A stretch of DNA of 63,887 nt, counting the filler, from Olpidium bornovanus S191 (taxonomy: Eukaryota > Fungi > Olpidiomycota), in the NCBI GenBank assembly GCA_017911155.1. It is 28 parts of 28 records of this genome, joined end to end, with 100 filler letters (N's around TTAATTAATTAA, not from the genome) between each part and the next. Parts side by side here need not be neighbours in the genome. Positions count along the whole stretch, not along the records: positions 1 to 1,111 come from JAEFCI010003849.1; positions 1,212 to 2,562 come from JAEFCI010007377.1; positions 2,663 to 5,190 come from JAEFCI010001076.1; positions 5,291 to 6,596 come from JAEFCI010000537.1; positions 6,697 to 11,073 come from JAEFCI010013518.1; positions 11,174 to 12,317 come from JAEFCI010007847.1; 22 more parts are not named here. One strand, 5' to 3'. Positions 1 to 11,369 of this stretch are shown here, piece after piece (position 1 is the stretch's first letter; every line of letters begins with the position of its first letter). Both the position numbers and the translations under genes were made by a program. The notes under the pieces were generated by a model. It saw nothing but the letters and a program-made list of their open reading frames with translations, was not told the origin of the DNA and did no database searches.

Positions 1-2
1 CC

Positions 3-1111
3 GAACACCGTAAGGAGGCTCAGTTGGCGCTTTTCTACGACTGGTTGTTCTGGCAGTCTGCAGAAGACGCCTTTATTATGAACATAGGTATGCACGCGGG
101 ATATGGGGAAGTGGCTGCATGTTTCGCCTTTACGTTTCCCACTGACAGGTGCTTTTTTATGCATCAGAGCCGGCGTTGCTGATTCTGGTCCGGTCGTCGA
201 GTATTGGCAACAGCTGGGTCCCGGACGTCCTGGTCGATTTCCTCCACCTGGTTATGCTTCAATACTTTCCTGACATGCGAGGGGACATTGCCTTGAGCGT
301 GGAGGCAGCGATAAGTTTAATGTTGCGCATGGGAGTCGCAAGGTCTGTGAAATGACTGCATTTTTCGAAATGGGGATGCTGAAGCGGCCGGCTGATGACG
401 GTTGTTTCTAGACCGGAAGAACTCGTCCGATTGAAGCCTACGATTGCGCCTGATGTCCAGAAGGCTTTCAAATCGATTTTCGGTCCTCACCTGCCCCCTG
501 CCCGCGGCAATCGGTGTTTGCTTCCACCGTCGCCCGCTTCGCTCACTCACCCTCCCGGCGTGCCGGTAGTACAATCAGCTGTACCGGGCCAACCGACGCA
601 CACGACGGGCTCCAAGGACGCGGGACAGGCGGCGAGTTCTGCGCAGCTCGCTCAGCACATGCCGGCTACCACGTCTGTCTCATCCGCCCTCCGAGTACCG
701 GTAGTGGGAGAAATGATTCCGGACGGCCCGACGGGCGTACAAACTCCGGGTCACGGGGGTTCAGCGCAATACTCTGCGGACCTCGCAAACCTCGCTCAAG
801 CCGCATCCGGCAACAGCATGGAGGTTGACGTCGAGTATGCTGGCGAGAGTCTGGCTGTTATCGAAGCAGACGAAGCATTTTTCGCGCTTCTGGTTGATTT
901 CAAAAAGGCTGCCTCCGACGTGAAAGCAGCGTACGAGAACATCCTGTTGTACGAAGGGACGCAGCAGAGTCAAATCCGGGCGGACATCAACATGCTCAAG
1001 AACAGGTTGATATCGGCGGAACGTTATGCGGGAGAAAAGCTCGTTGACATTCTAGAAGAGGCGGAGGAAAAGGTGCGAGGGGGCGATTGTACTTTCGGTT
1101 TTATTGCCGTC
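3..1111 (+). CDS. INTS3: Integrator complex subunit 3 / SOSS-A-like protein, internal fragment (exons 3-87, 168-342, 412-1111)
   Basis: Two GT-AG introns (88-167, 343-411) splice in frame to give AQLALFYDWLFWQSAEDAFIMNIEPALLILVRSS...DVLVDFLHLV, which matches the recalled INTS3 motif KLALFYDWLFF...IMNIEPAILVM...TLLDFMCRII. CTGAC/CTGAT branch-like sites lie upstream of both acceptors. Confidence 0.8.
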
Positions 1112-2504
1112 NNNNNNNNNNNNNNNNNNNNNNNNNNNNNNNNNNNNNNNNNNNNTTAATTAATTAANNNNNNNNNNNNNNNNNNNNNNNNNNNNNNNNN
1201 NNNNNNNNNNNCCCCCGGCCGGCGTCGGCTGGGCCGGTCTCTCGCCGTCGGCGCCCGTCAAGTGGGCCAGCTGCGCGCCTCGAGAGAAAGCTCGGCGAAC
1301 CGCGGGGACGCGAATGCGTCGGGGGCACACGTCCTCGTGTGGCGACATAAACCGCCTTCTCCGCACATCTTTCCCCCCCCCCCACACTCCCACCCCACGC
1401 ATTCTCACATCCAGCATCCCGCGCCCCCGGCCCCCGCCCGAGCCAAACCACTTTCCCCTTCGCCTCGCTTTGTTGATTCGGGCCAGCGGGTGACAATGGT
1501 AGATGGTAAATCCAGACCCCCGCCCGGCCCCCTTCCCCCCGGATTGTCCCAGGGGTACACTCTGCACGGCTTTTTCTCGTTGATTTTGCTTGCGCGGGAT
1601 ATCAAACGCCCTCAGTTTTTAAATCTCAGAGATTGCGGAATTTGACAATAAACTATTCAACCTGACTAGAACATGCAAAACTGCTTCAAGGACGAGGTGT
1701 CCAGGCTCATACGTGCGGCGCGGTTGGCGGTGAGGAGGTGCAGCGACAGCGGGAGGGAAAGCGAGAGTCGGAAGTGCAGGTGGATAGACCGCACCCGCTC
1801 GATAGCTCGGCACCAGATTTCCCAAGATTATTTAAACCAGAAAAATATTAAATACTATATAATATGAATAAAGGTTATGTACACCAATTACTTGTATGTA
1901 TATTTTACACGTCGTATAGTTACGGTATGTACGATCAAACGCAACGCGATATTTTGCCTTCCGCGCCTTTCGATTCTCATCTTTCGCAGAAATGTGATTA
2001 CCTAGGATACCGGCATGCGCGCGATAAAACAGGTCCTGAGATGCTTCCAAGTTGAGCAGAGGGAGCTCCCGGCGGTGTACGCCGGGGAGTACAGGTGCGG
2101 CTTCAACCATCCCACGGCCACGAGTGGCACACTGGCAGATGAGAGGCCCGACGCCAAGCGGCGCTCCCCTTTCAAACCGGCCGCGGCTGTCCGCTGGACA
2201 AAACGAAATAACGGGGCCAGTTTAAAATCCAGAAAAACCAGAAGCACGGCCCTGAGTTGAGCCAACTTCCGCAGGACATCACCTGGGCGGTCGTCGCCGG
2301 CAAATGCGAATCCGGCCGCAGGGGCAGGTAAAAACTCCAGGCAACCGGAAAATGCGTGTAAAATAAAAAACGCGCAGAATTTCCACATAAAGAAAAAAAA
2401 ACAAGAATTTTGAAACCACGCAATTTTGGCGAAGAAAAAAATTGTGAACGCCGCAAAGGCCGTCCAGTGCGCCGGCGTGGTCTCCCCCCCTTCCCCCCCC
2501 CCCG

Positions 2505-2547
<43 letters not shown>

Positions 2548-2662
2548 CCCCGCCCGCCGCCCNNNNNNNNNNNNNNNNNNNNNNNNNNNNNNNNNNNNNN
2601 NNNNNNTTAATTAATTAANNNNNNNNNNNNNNNNNNNNNNNNNNNNNNNNNNNNNNNNNNNN

Positions 2663-4002
2663 CATGATTATCGATCTCGCTCGGCCGTACCAGAGCAACG
2701 GGTCCGTCGCCACGAGGTACAGCAGCGTGCCGTAGAACACGCCGCGCACGTCCAGCGACGGCTCGATAAGCACCTGGGGCGTTCGCAGGCTCCAGTTCCA
2801 GCTCGTCAGGCTTAAAGCGTCTGTCGTTGCGACAGCGGGTTAGGCTGCAGGCAAAGGAACGCTGCCCTCCAGATCCCAGCCGGTGGCGTGCTCCGCTTAC
2901 CAGCCACGATGCCTCCGCCGCAGCCCGCGAGCGTCCCGGCTAGCAGAGCCGCAAGGGTCGAGCCCTTGGTCCTCTGGCTGTGTCGAACGAAGTCCACGCC
3001 CGCCACGGTGGAGGCGAACGTCCGGGACGCAGCGTCGGCCGGGATGAGGATGAGGTCGATGACCGGAAAAAGAAAATCTAGGATCCGGTACACGAGGTCA
3101 CCGGGGGAATAAAACAGCACGGTATATACGGCGCTGTTTCCCGACGGTTCCGTAGAAAAAGTCAGCAAAAACGACGGAGGACAGACGGGCAGGCGGAGGA
3201 TAGTCAACTGACGCGTAGAGAGGGAACACCACGTTGCTGAGGATCCAATCCGGCGGCCGCCCGAACAGGAACGCTAATTCGTCGTCAGGAGAGTAATGTA
3301 TGACGAGAAGCGCGGTCGACGTAGTCAGCGACGAGGAACGCGAAGCAGGCGACGCTCTTCCCCCTTCCGATGCAAACCAGACCACGTTCGCCGTCCTCTC
3401 CGAGTATTGGCGCGGAAGGTGTTCGCTTCGATTGTTGCACCTCAGGAACTCAGTGCAGTCCTTCCGCACGAAAAAAAAAGACAAAGAAGGAAGAACTCAC
3501 CGGAAACGGTTGACCCTCCCATGGACAGCACGGTCATCGTAAACAATCCCTGAAGATACGGCAAGCGGTCGCCCCGAAGATGTTCCCGCCTGAAGATCAT
3601 AGCGGTTCGCAGGGCATGAAGGCTCGCGATTACCGAAATGGGGAAAAGATCAGAGTGCTGGCGGGCAGGGATCAAAGCGAGGAAAGTCAAGCGGGTGCGA
3701 AGGTGGCAGGGGGGAGGGGTTAGGGTGGGCCGGCGCGGATGGGCGGACCCGAATTCAGCACCGTCCTTTAGAGGACCGTGCGGCCCCACGCGCGGAGCCG
3801 AAGCCGTCAAGGGACTCCCGCGCGCGTACGGCGGAGTGTCGGACGGGGCCACGCTTTCCCCATCAGATGCGGGGAAGGGGGGGAAGGATGCGCCGGCGGG
3901 GCGGGCACGCACCCAGAGCAGCGACCTCGACGGCAACAGGTGGTCGGCCAGTGCGGTCAGGTATTCGTTCGCGTAGGGGAGGGCGTAGCCACCGTCGTCC
4001 AT
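2663..4002 (-). CDS. TRIC/TMEM38-like trimeric intracellular cation channel, 3' truncated (exons 4002-3913, 3657-3501, 3273-3213, 3133-2901, 2820-2663)
   Basis: Four GT-AG introns splice in frame. The product contains VLSMGGSTVSAFLFGRPPDWILSNVVFPLYAAVYTVLFYSPGDLVYRIL and LAALLAGTLAGCGGGIVAD. This resembles TMEM38 (LLGEP...SN...AVWYLIFFCPLDLFYK) and the two glycine-cluster repeats of the TRIC family, with several hydrophobic helices. Confidence 0.7.
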
Positions 4003-4238
4003 CGCGGCCAGCACGCGCGCGCGTGGACTGCAAGAAGGGGAAGAGCGGAGGGGGGGGTCTTTTCGTTCCGCCGGTCCGGGGAGGGTTTTTTTTTTATTCC
4101 GCGGCGCGTGCGTTCGGCCGGGGCGTGTCAACGTGCGGTCGGGCGGGGGAGGAGGAGGAAGAGGGGGAGGGGGGGGGGGCCTTTTCCAGGATCCGGGGGG
4201 TTTTGAAAGGAGCTCAGAGGACTTGCACACTAAATATA

Positions 4239-5190
4239 CAGTTGTCCTTCTCATACTTTATATCCCATTACTTTATAATCTCTGCTATTTTATATGTTTC
4301 GGCTTCCACTGACATCGTTCTATGGCCGATACGTTATAATTGATAACTTTTAAAAAAAAATGGGGACTTATAAGATAGTAGAGGGAGCAGTTTGTATGGA
4401 CTGTGGAGATCAGCTAGCAAAAATTTAGGAGCAGGAAGGATAAAACACTACTTTCGGATCCAGGAAGCAAGAGTGCGTTGAGTTACAGACGTATGGTGGA
4501 GTTCAAACCACAGGTTACAAAGGACTTTATGAGTAATGCAAGGTGCTCCTCTGTGGATAGATCAAGAAGAGATGCAGCAACTCTAAGGCTCTGCAGCTTT
4601 TCAGCCTCTGTAATTGTCACTCCTCAGCATTTTCCTCCTCCTGATTCTCGCCTTCCTGAACCACAGCCAGATTTCCTCGTCCGTCCTCTCCATGTGGGCG
4701 GCTTCGGCCTCCTCAATCAGGTTGAGGAGGTTCTGGATATACATGGGATTGCGGAGAGGAAGCTGATTGATTGCCTCCTGAAGTTCCTGCTCAACCTGGG
4801 TCATCTGGCTCATCTGTGTGGAGGAAACAGTTTTTGATCGTCTGAGCAGTGATTTCACCCCAAGCAGCCAGGGACCAGAGCATCGCCATAAGCTGGTCCA
4901 CCTTGACCAGCTCCACCTCTCCACGTTCATCTCGATTAAAAGCATTCTGAAGGTGGAGGCAGCAATGATGATGCTTGAAAGCCGAAATGATACCAGCATC
5001 CATGGGCTGAATCTTTGACATTGTGTTCGGTGGAAGAAAGAGAACCTCGACGTGAGCAAGCTCAAGATTGTCACTGATGTGTGATGGTACATTATCGAGA
5101 AGCAGCAAGACCTTCCAGTTTGCTTTTTGGCAATTGACATTGTTGGAAGAGTGAAAAGGTGTTTTCCAACTTTTTGTCTTTCCACTGGCA
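4239..5190 (-). mobile_element. Degenerate pogo/Tigger-type DNA transposon (DDE_1 transposase relic with 3' terminus)
   Basis: The minus strand reads KVLLLLDNVPSH...VLFLPPNTMSKIQPMDAGIISAFK...AWGEITAQTIKNCFLH (DDE_1 core). A frameshifted ELQEAINQLPLRNPM tail follows, with stops. The putative end TA|CAGT is at 4237-4242. Confidence 0.85.
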
Positions 5191-6371
5191 NNNNNNNNNN
5201 NNNNNNNNNNNNNNNNNNNNNNNNNNNNNNNNNNTTAATTAATTAANNNNNNNNNNNNNNNNNNNNNNNNNNNNNNNNNNNNNNNNNNNNCCGGTAAAAA
5301 GGCCGGTCGGCTTGTCGTCAGCCTTGGCGACCGCTGCCTTTTGGGCGTTCGCGGGGCTTCTTGTTCGCGTGCCTCGTTGTCACCGGCCTCCGAAAAAGCA
5401 CGTAAACATGCTGGGGAGAAGCGGTTCTCCGCCACCGCTTAAAATGGTTTTCCATCGCGACGATCCGGCGGCGGACATTCGCCGAGGCGAGAGAAGAGGA
5501 CGGCGGGGCGACGAAACCCCCCCTGCCGTTGTTTTCCGAAGCCACTGATAGTGGTCAACCAGGTTACGGCGTGTCACGGCCTCCAGATAGTCTGGCTCCA
5601 TTTCACGCTCGACGGCCGGCTTGATCAAGGGAATGGCCGGCGCCCGTGCCGAGCTGTTGCAGTCGGCGGCCGCGCCGTCCGGACCTTTAGCCAGGTCGTC
5701 TCAGTTTGTCACGTCGCGGAGACGCGTGGGCGTTTTGGCGCGGTACTGCGTGATATACCGTGAAGTTAAAACCCTACTCGCGCCGGTGGTCACGACGGCA
5801 GGCTCCCGGTCGCGGCCTGCGGCGGGCGAACTCCGTGCGCTGAACCGCCGAGAGCAACGCAAGGCCGGACATTTTGCGACCTCGTTGCGCTCATCGTGCG
5901 CATGTTTCCCGTTTTTGTGTTTGTGTGGGGGTTTTGGCGGTGGGTGAGTTTAGTTGGGGGGGCGCGAGGGGTTCACGCGCGCCGGCCGGGTTGCCTTTTA
6001 ACGCTCGCGCGAGTTGTCGGCCTCCCCGGCACGCCGAGGGCACGTGACAAAATAAAATAAAATGAAAAATTGTGGTTGTTGAGGTTGTTGGTCGGAACCC
6101 CCGCCCATTTTGGAGCAATTCCATGGTGCCCGGCGTCCTGAACTGATCATCCTGACAACGGGAAGCTTTCTGGAGGTTTCGTTGGGTCAAATGGGCTGAT
6201 GCCTGCGTCCCTTCAAACAGCTTTACAGCGCTTCTTACAGGGTGCTTTCCCACAGCTTGTGCCACTGCCCAACCGCAAGCAAGGCCGTCCCCGTTCCTGT
6301 CAGGTTTTCCATTCTTAACCCCATAAGGCATTCTGCCTGTTAGCTCTACGTAGTCTACGGTACTCCATGTA

Positions 6372-6596
6372 CAGTGCCCTCAAATAAATTTAAACAACCA
6401 CTCCATTTTGAAGCACACATCAAAACTACAAGTGGTAGAACATGCACGGCAAGAATATCTGCAGAAATGCATAAACATGGCAGTTATGTTTACGTTAAAC
6501 ACATTTTGAGGGTTTTATAGTGTTTGGAGTAGAACGAATGGAATCTTATATTACCACTGGGTATGTCTGCTTTTTGCCGCCATCACAGACCGCATC
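6372..6596 (-). mobile_element. 3' end of a Tc1/mariner element (terminal inverted repeat plus transposase C-terminus)
   Basis: TA|CAGTGCCCTCAAATAAATTTAAACA is a Tc1-type terminus. The minus strand at the contig end reads RSVMAAKSRHTQW*, like the Tc1 C-terminal motif xAVIxAKGGHTKY*. Confidence 0.65.
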
Positions 6597-7374
6597 NNNN
6601 NNNNNNNNNNNNNNNNNNNNNNNNNNNNNNNNNNNNNNNNTTAATTAATTAANNNNNNNNNNNNNNNNNNNNNNNNNNNNNNNNNNNNNNNNNNNNAACG
6701 GCTATTTGAGCCAACATAACAGACCGTCGTCACCTCCGTTAGCAACGGCAGCAGGTCCAGCATCGCTCGAAAGCCTGTCCGGTACATTTTCTAATGTTCC
6801 AGTGAAGTTAGACATGGGAAGTCAGTCCTTATGAACGGCGACTAAGAAAATGACGACCTTTGGCATGCACCGAGAGACTCACCCCGTCGGAAAGCCAGAG
6901 GGGCAGCGCCACAGATGCCGAAAAATCGCTTCGCGAGAACCATGTTGTCCACTGTCGTTGCCCTGCCGATGGCCACTCAGTTCCAGTAATCCTTCCAAAA
7001 CGGCGCCGCGCAGCTCCCATCCCATCACGAAGGGACACGGGCTCAAGCGGCAAGGGCTGCCACTCGAGTTTTACCGTCCCTCGGCTGCCCTACGACGCCG
7101 GTCCCGGTTTCGCCTGCATATGAGGTCAATCCGCCGGCGCTGCATGCGTTCGCGTTGACAGTGTCTCGGCGGAAACTTCGGTGACATCCGCCGCCAGTCG
7201 CAATTGATCGGCTGCCGGATCGTCGCGCCAACAGACAATCTTTCGTCTCCGAACTGGAGATTCGGGCCCGGTGCCGTCCTCTGCAGAGAACTGCGCTCGC
7301 TCCCAGGGGGCACCATCTGAGGGGAGCACAACGCCCTTTTTAAATCTGCGCCATGCCCTTCCCCCACAATCTCG

Positions 7375-8428
7375 CTACGCCCGGTGGTCGTCCGGCCGGA
7401 ACGACCCGGGATTGCGGCACTCCTCCACGGAATTCCCCTCTTTCCGTTTCTGGCCCAAACTTCCCGTGCCAAAATGCTTTCGCGCGTTTTCAAAGTTATC
7501 CTGGAAGTACTGGGGCACGCGCTTGTAGAATGTGATCTTCCCACGGGCATCCCGGTCAAAGTGCATGTTGAAAGGGCGGAGGGCCCTGTTGCAGCGCTTG
7601 GCGTATCTGGGAACGGCAAAATTTGTGACCGGGTAACGGGGCTGACACGTTTGCTCGGGTGAAGCGACGCGACGTGACGCGTTACCTAGATTTCAAAGAC
7701 AGCACTCGGTTGATGCACAGGTATACCGCGACACACAGGAGCACCAGGAAAGCGATCCTTGAGAAGGACATCTGCGTAAAGGTTCGTGGAAGGCGCTCAC
7801 GGCCATTCTGTAAGGGGGGGGGGGAAATTGCAGGTCGTTCCTGACTCGCGTTTTACAAACTCCTAGACGTACCGACTTGGAAAACCCTACAACGGACCAT
7901 GCGATGTAGGTGATGACCAGCGCAAGAAGGACAAAAACGGCTGTTTGAAGAAGCGGTGGTCAGTTCCCTGACGGAGGCGTATCGATTGACGGTTAACGGC
8001 CAAACGCCCTACTGAAACAAAAAGCGATTCCGCGACGATCGGGCATGCCGTACCGCCCGGTGTCGTCGACCGGCGAGGGCTGGAGAAACCGGACTACAAG
8101 TCTCACCTTGCTCCATGTGCTCCTCCCTCCGGTACACGGCGGCGTTTTCCCTGAGCGCCTTTTCGAACCTGAGCAGGTCCCTGTAAGTCCCCATGTGGGA
8201 CGCCCTTTCCCGCAAGATGTCCGGGCGCCGCGCGTTGACGGGGTTGAACGGCTGCGTCGGCCCCGTGCCGAAGAGGTTCGCGACGGTGGGGACGCCGGGC
8301 GGTAGCGACGGTGACCCGGGAGGCGAGGGGGTGGGCGAGCGCGGGGAGAACGGCGATGCCAACTGAGGGGCGGTCGCGGCGGAGGACGAGGCGGCGGGCC
8401 GTCCGACCAGTTCCGTTCCCGGAGCCAT
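7375..8428 (-). CDS. SPO7: Spo7/CNEP1R1 family regulatory subunit of the Nem1 phosphatase (exons 8428-8107, 7940-7873, 7771-7686, 7606-7375)
   Basis: Three GT-AG introns splice in frame. The product has TYRDLLRFEKALRE, two hydrophobic helices and RCNRALRPFNMHFDRDARGKITFYKRVP, matching Spo7 (FRNLLILEDDLR) and CNEP1R1 (DLKAFERRL...[21 protein letters not shown]). Confidence 0.75.
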
Positions 8429-8556
8429 CCGCCACGCCACCCGCGGCCGGCGGCGGGGATGATACCTGCGAATTCGCCTTTCGGGCGGGGGAGGCGGGCG
8501 GGCGGCCGGGTGGAGGGGAGGAGGTGGGGACGTAAGGGGGTGGGAGGGGAAAAAGT

Positions 8557-9215
8557 AGTTGGAGATTCCAGCTCGGACGGCAGTGTGGCATCGACGGTTT
8601 GACTGCCTAATGCACCTATCAATCCATGCATAATGAAATAAAATATCATTACAAATGCATGCATTGTAACTATTACGTCGATTCCGAATGGTGAAGGAAG
8701 ACACCAAGCTCGGACAACAAAGCTCTTTTTTGTCATGTGTCTGGGATGGCCTCGGGGTGGTGGGGGGTGGCCTACGTCGAATTGTTTGCAAGGCTTACAT
8801 GCCGTGCACATGTATCATGCGAACGGGCCACGATTTGAAGTCTCAACACCCTTCCTCGCTGAGCGAAACCATCCAATCACCCGTGTTTGGCATTCTTTAC
8901 TTTGGGAGCCTCTTGATATCAGGCAATTTCTCGCGTATGGCATTTACCCACCCGTTGCCACTGCGTCCTGCACATCCCGCACATCTCACGGAACTTCGTG
9001 AGTTTGACTTTCTCTAAAGGCTTGGCGAGTACGTCTGCTAGGTTGTCTGTGGATGCCACCCGACAGATATCAATCGTCATTGTGCTGGGCGCAAAGCCGC
9101 AGATGATGACACTTTGTGTCAATGTGCTTTGATGATATGATATTTGGTATCAATATGATTATATGCTGAATGGCATCTTTCCTGAATGCTTTCGCGACTG
9201 ATCAACACACATAAT
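8557..9215 (-). mobile_element. Ty1/copia relic: RNase H C-terminus, polypurine tract and start of the 3' LTR
   Basis: The minus strand reads HIDTKYHIIK...STDNLADVLAKPLEKVKLTKFREMCG. It is followed by GAGGAAGGG|TGTTGAG (PPT plus LTR start at 8848). The far LTR end near 8557 (TCTCCAACT) is tentative. Confidence 0.8.
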
Positions 9216-9479
9216 ACTTGTAATATTATAATATAATTGTGATGCGCGTCGCGCGTCCCTACCGTAGTCTCGCCACTGCCGCAGCCCCCTTTTTTACCAC
9301 TCCGTTTTTCAAAATCAAAGAACGAGAACGTCTTGCGTCCTTTCAGTAATAGAATATTAATAATATAATACGAAATCGCCGAACCACCCCGCATCCATAT
9401 CAAACCGTGGGTTTACGCCAAAGCTGTCACAGGACCAGATGTAGCAGAATGGTGACGTACAATGGAAGCAAAAGACACC

Positions 9480-9830
9480 AGTCTCTGGTTGACCATGGCA
9501 TTTACATTGCTGTACCATGCCCAGTTAAGGATGGCGGCATTGGTTATACGACATCAAACTCAACCCTGACGGGCCGATTGACAAATACAACGCCCGCCAC
9601 GTAGCACAGAATTTTCCCGCAACAGCCCGTAGTCGATTACAATGTGGCATTGAGTCCGGCGTCGTCCTTCACCTTTTTGCATCTGATCATTGCGATTGCG
9701 GCATTTTTTTGGTTAAAACTGTACAGCACGGATTTTCAGACTGCGTATCTCAATACTGACTTGGACAAGCCTAGTCACCTTGAGCAAATCAAGGGATTCG
9801 AAATCCCCGGCAAGCCGCGGTACAAATACA
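9480..9830 (+). mobile_element. Ty1/copia reverse transcriptase (RVT_2) relic, frameshifted
   Basis: WLYDIKLNPDGPIDKYNARHVAQNF, then in another frame VDYNVALSPASSFTFLHLIIAIAA...DFQTAYLNTDLDKPSHLEQIKGFE. These match the copia motifs WVFKIKxxxDGSIEKYKARLVAKGF and DVKTAFLNGDLxEEIYMEQPEGF. Confidence 0.85.
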
Positions 9831-11369
9831 CTCCTCTGCCTCGTCAAGGCCATACATGGGCTCCACTAAGCCGTGGGATGCTGGTTTTAGCAGATGCGTG
9901 CCGTCCTCAACGAACTCTGACTTTGCCATCTTGACGGAGATCATTGTGTCTTTGTTTTGAACGGCAACGAAGTTATGGTCGGATACAGCGAAGACAGTTC
10001 GGCGAAAGGAGCGGGCCAGGGCGGCAATCAAGGCGGTACGGACAAGGAGGGCGTTTTGGCAGCTGCTCGGCGTCCACTAAATCCCCGAGTTGTGATGCAA
10101 AATTCCCCACTAGTTTGACCTTCTATGGGAGAACGAACCGGATCTCTCTGTGGTCTCGGCAACCGGGAGCCTCCGGCTCTCTTTTTCTCTCTTCTGCTCT
10201 CGATGTACGCTTTAAAAGCGGTAAAAGCGGTAGTCAGTCGGAACAGACGGCGTCGGGCCTTGTGAGGAGTTTCCCTCCAATCACAGCAGTTCAAATTGTC
10301 AAAACCGGTCCCCTAGTCACTTTTGCTCCTCTGTCTGCGGGTCCTCATTGTGGGTGTGGCATGTGTGTCGTCCGTGGCTACAGACGAAAAACCAATTTTA
10401 GTGGAAAATTTGCTGCCAAGACCCAAAATCCTAACGGTTCCGGAACGCGAGAAATTCCACACGCCCATGCTCTTTTCCTCATCAACGTTCCCGCAACCGT
10501 GAGCCAAACTGCGCGACACCGAGGATGGAAAGGAGCCGAACTACAATTCGCGAACTTCCCGCCTTGGCGGTTCTCGAAAAATGGAGGCAGCGGCTTTCGT
10601 AAAACGCCGGCAGACGCAGAACGTCACTACGCAAAAAAAAAAAAAAAAAAAAAAACAGCCGAAAACGACCTCCCACGAAGCTTCCAAGCCAAAAAGTTTT
10701 GACGCGCGCGGGACACAATTATTCAGCGGATAAACAACCGCAGTCTGGTTGATCCGCAGCCAACACGAGGAGGTAAGCACAGTCGAACGCCTTTATTGTC
10801 CGGTCTGATCGGTCCCGTCTGCCAGCAACGGCGGCTAAGGGGTAGCACGATGCGGTTTCAATTAAGTGAGCGCGCCGCAAAATAGAGTAAACAGGTGCGT
10901 CAGCGTGGGCCGCCCTATGAACAAGAACGAAAAGTGGAGCACTCGTCTTTGCCATGGAAATTCCGGAACCGTCCTGCAGAGTTCTAACCAGTTGCGTGGG
11001 CGGAAATCAACGCTTACCTCTTCACATAATTCACTCCTCCTGACAACCCCTTATCCCTGTCCGAGCCTACGTTNNNNNNNNNNNNNNNNNNNNNNNNNNN
11101 NNNNNNNNNNNNNNNNNTTAATTAATTAANNNNNNNNNNNNNNNNNNNNNNNNNNNNNNNNNNNNNNNNNNNNAGAGTTGAGTTTTTTCTGTCGCTTTGC
11201 TGGAGAAACGCGGCACGTTTTCGTCCGCAATTTTCCCTGCCGTTTTATTCTATGGCTCTTAAGGGGATGGATGGGCGCTCCGAGCGACTCATGCCACGCG
11301 AAAACAAAAATCCCGGACTAGGAAGATTAAACAGCAGGTTGTGAACGAACGCCACCGGCGACACGCATG

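Noticed and set aside
395-1111. Stand-alone gag-like ORF
   Set aside because: It splices in frame to upstream INTS3-like exons through a GT-AG intron (343-411), and its ATG lies inside that intron.
1156-1167. TTAATTAATTAA repeated 27 times as a biological repeat or CRISPR direct repeat
   Set aside because: Always centred in exactly 44+44 N. It is a synthetic six-frame stop linker, and ORFs ending in X...LIN or X...N are artefacts of it.
1212-2562. Gene call for contig 2 (likewise 17784-18958, 26186-26900, 27933-28592, 56973-58300, 60200-60700)
   Set aside because: Exon-like GC-rich patches and splice-like signals exist, but no frame gave a recognisable family, so no product is assigned.
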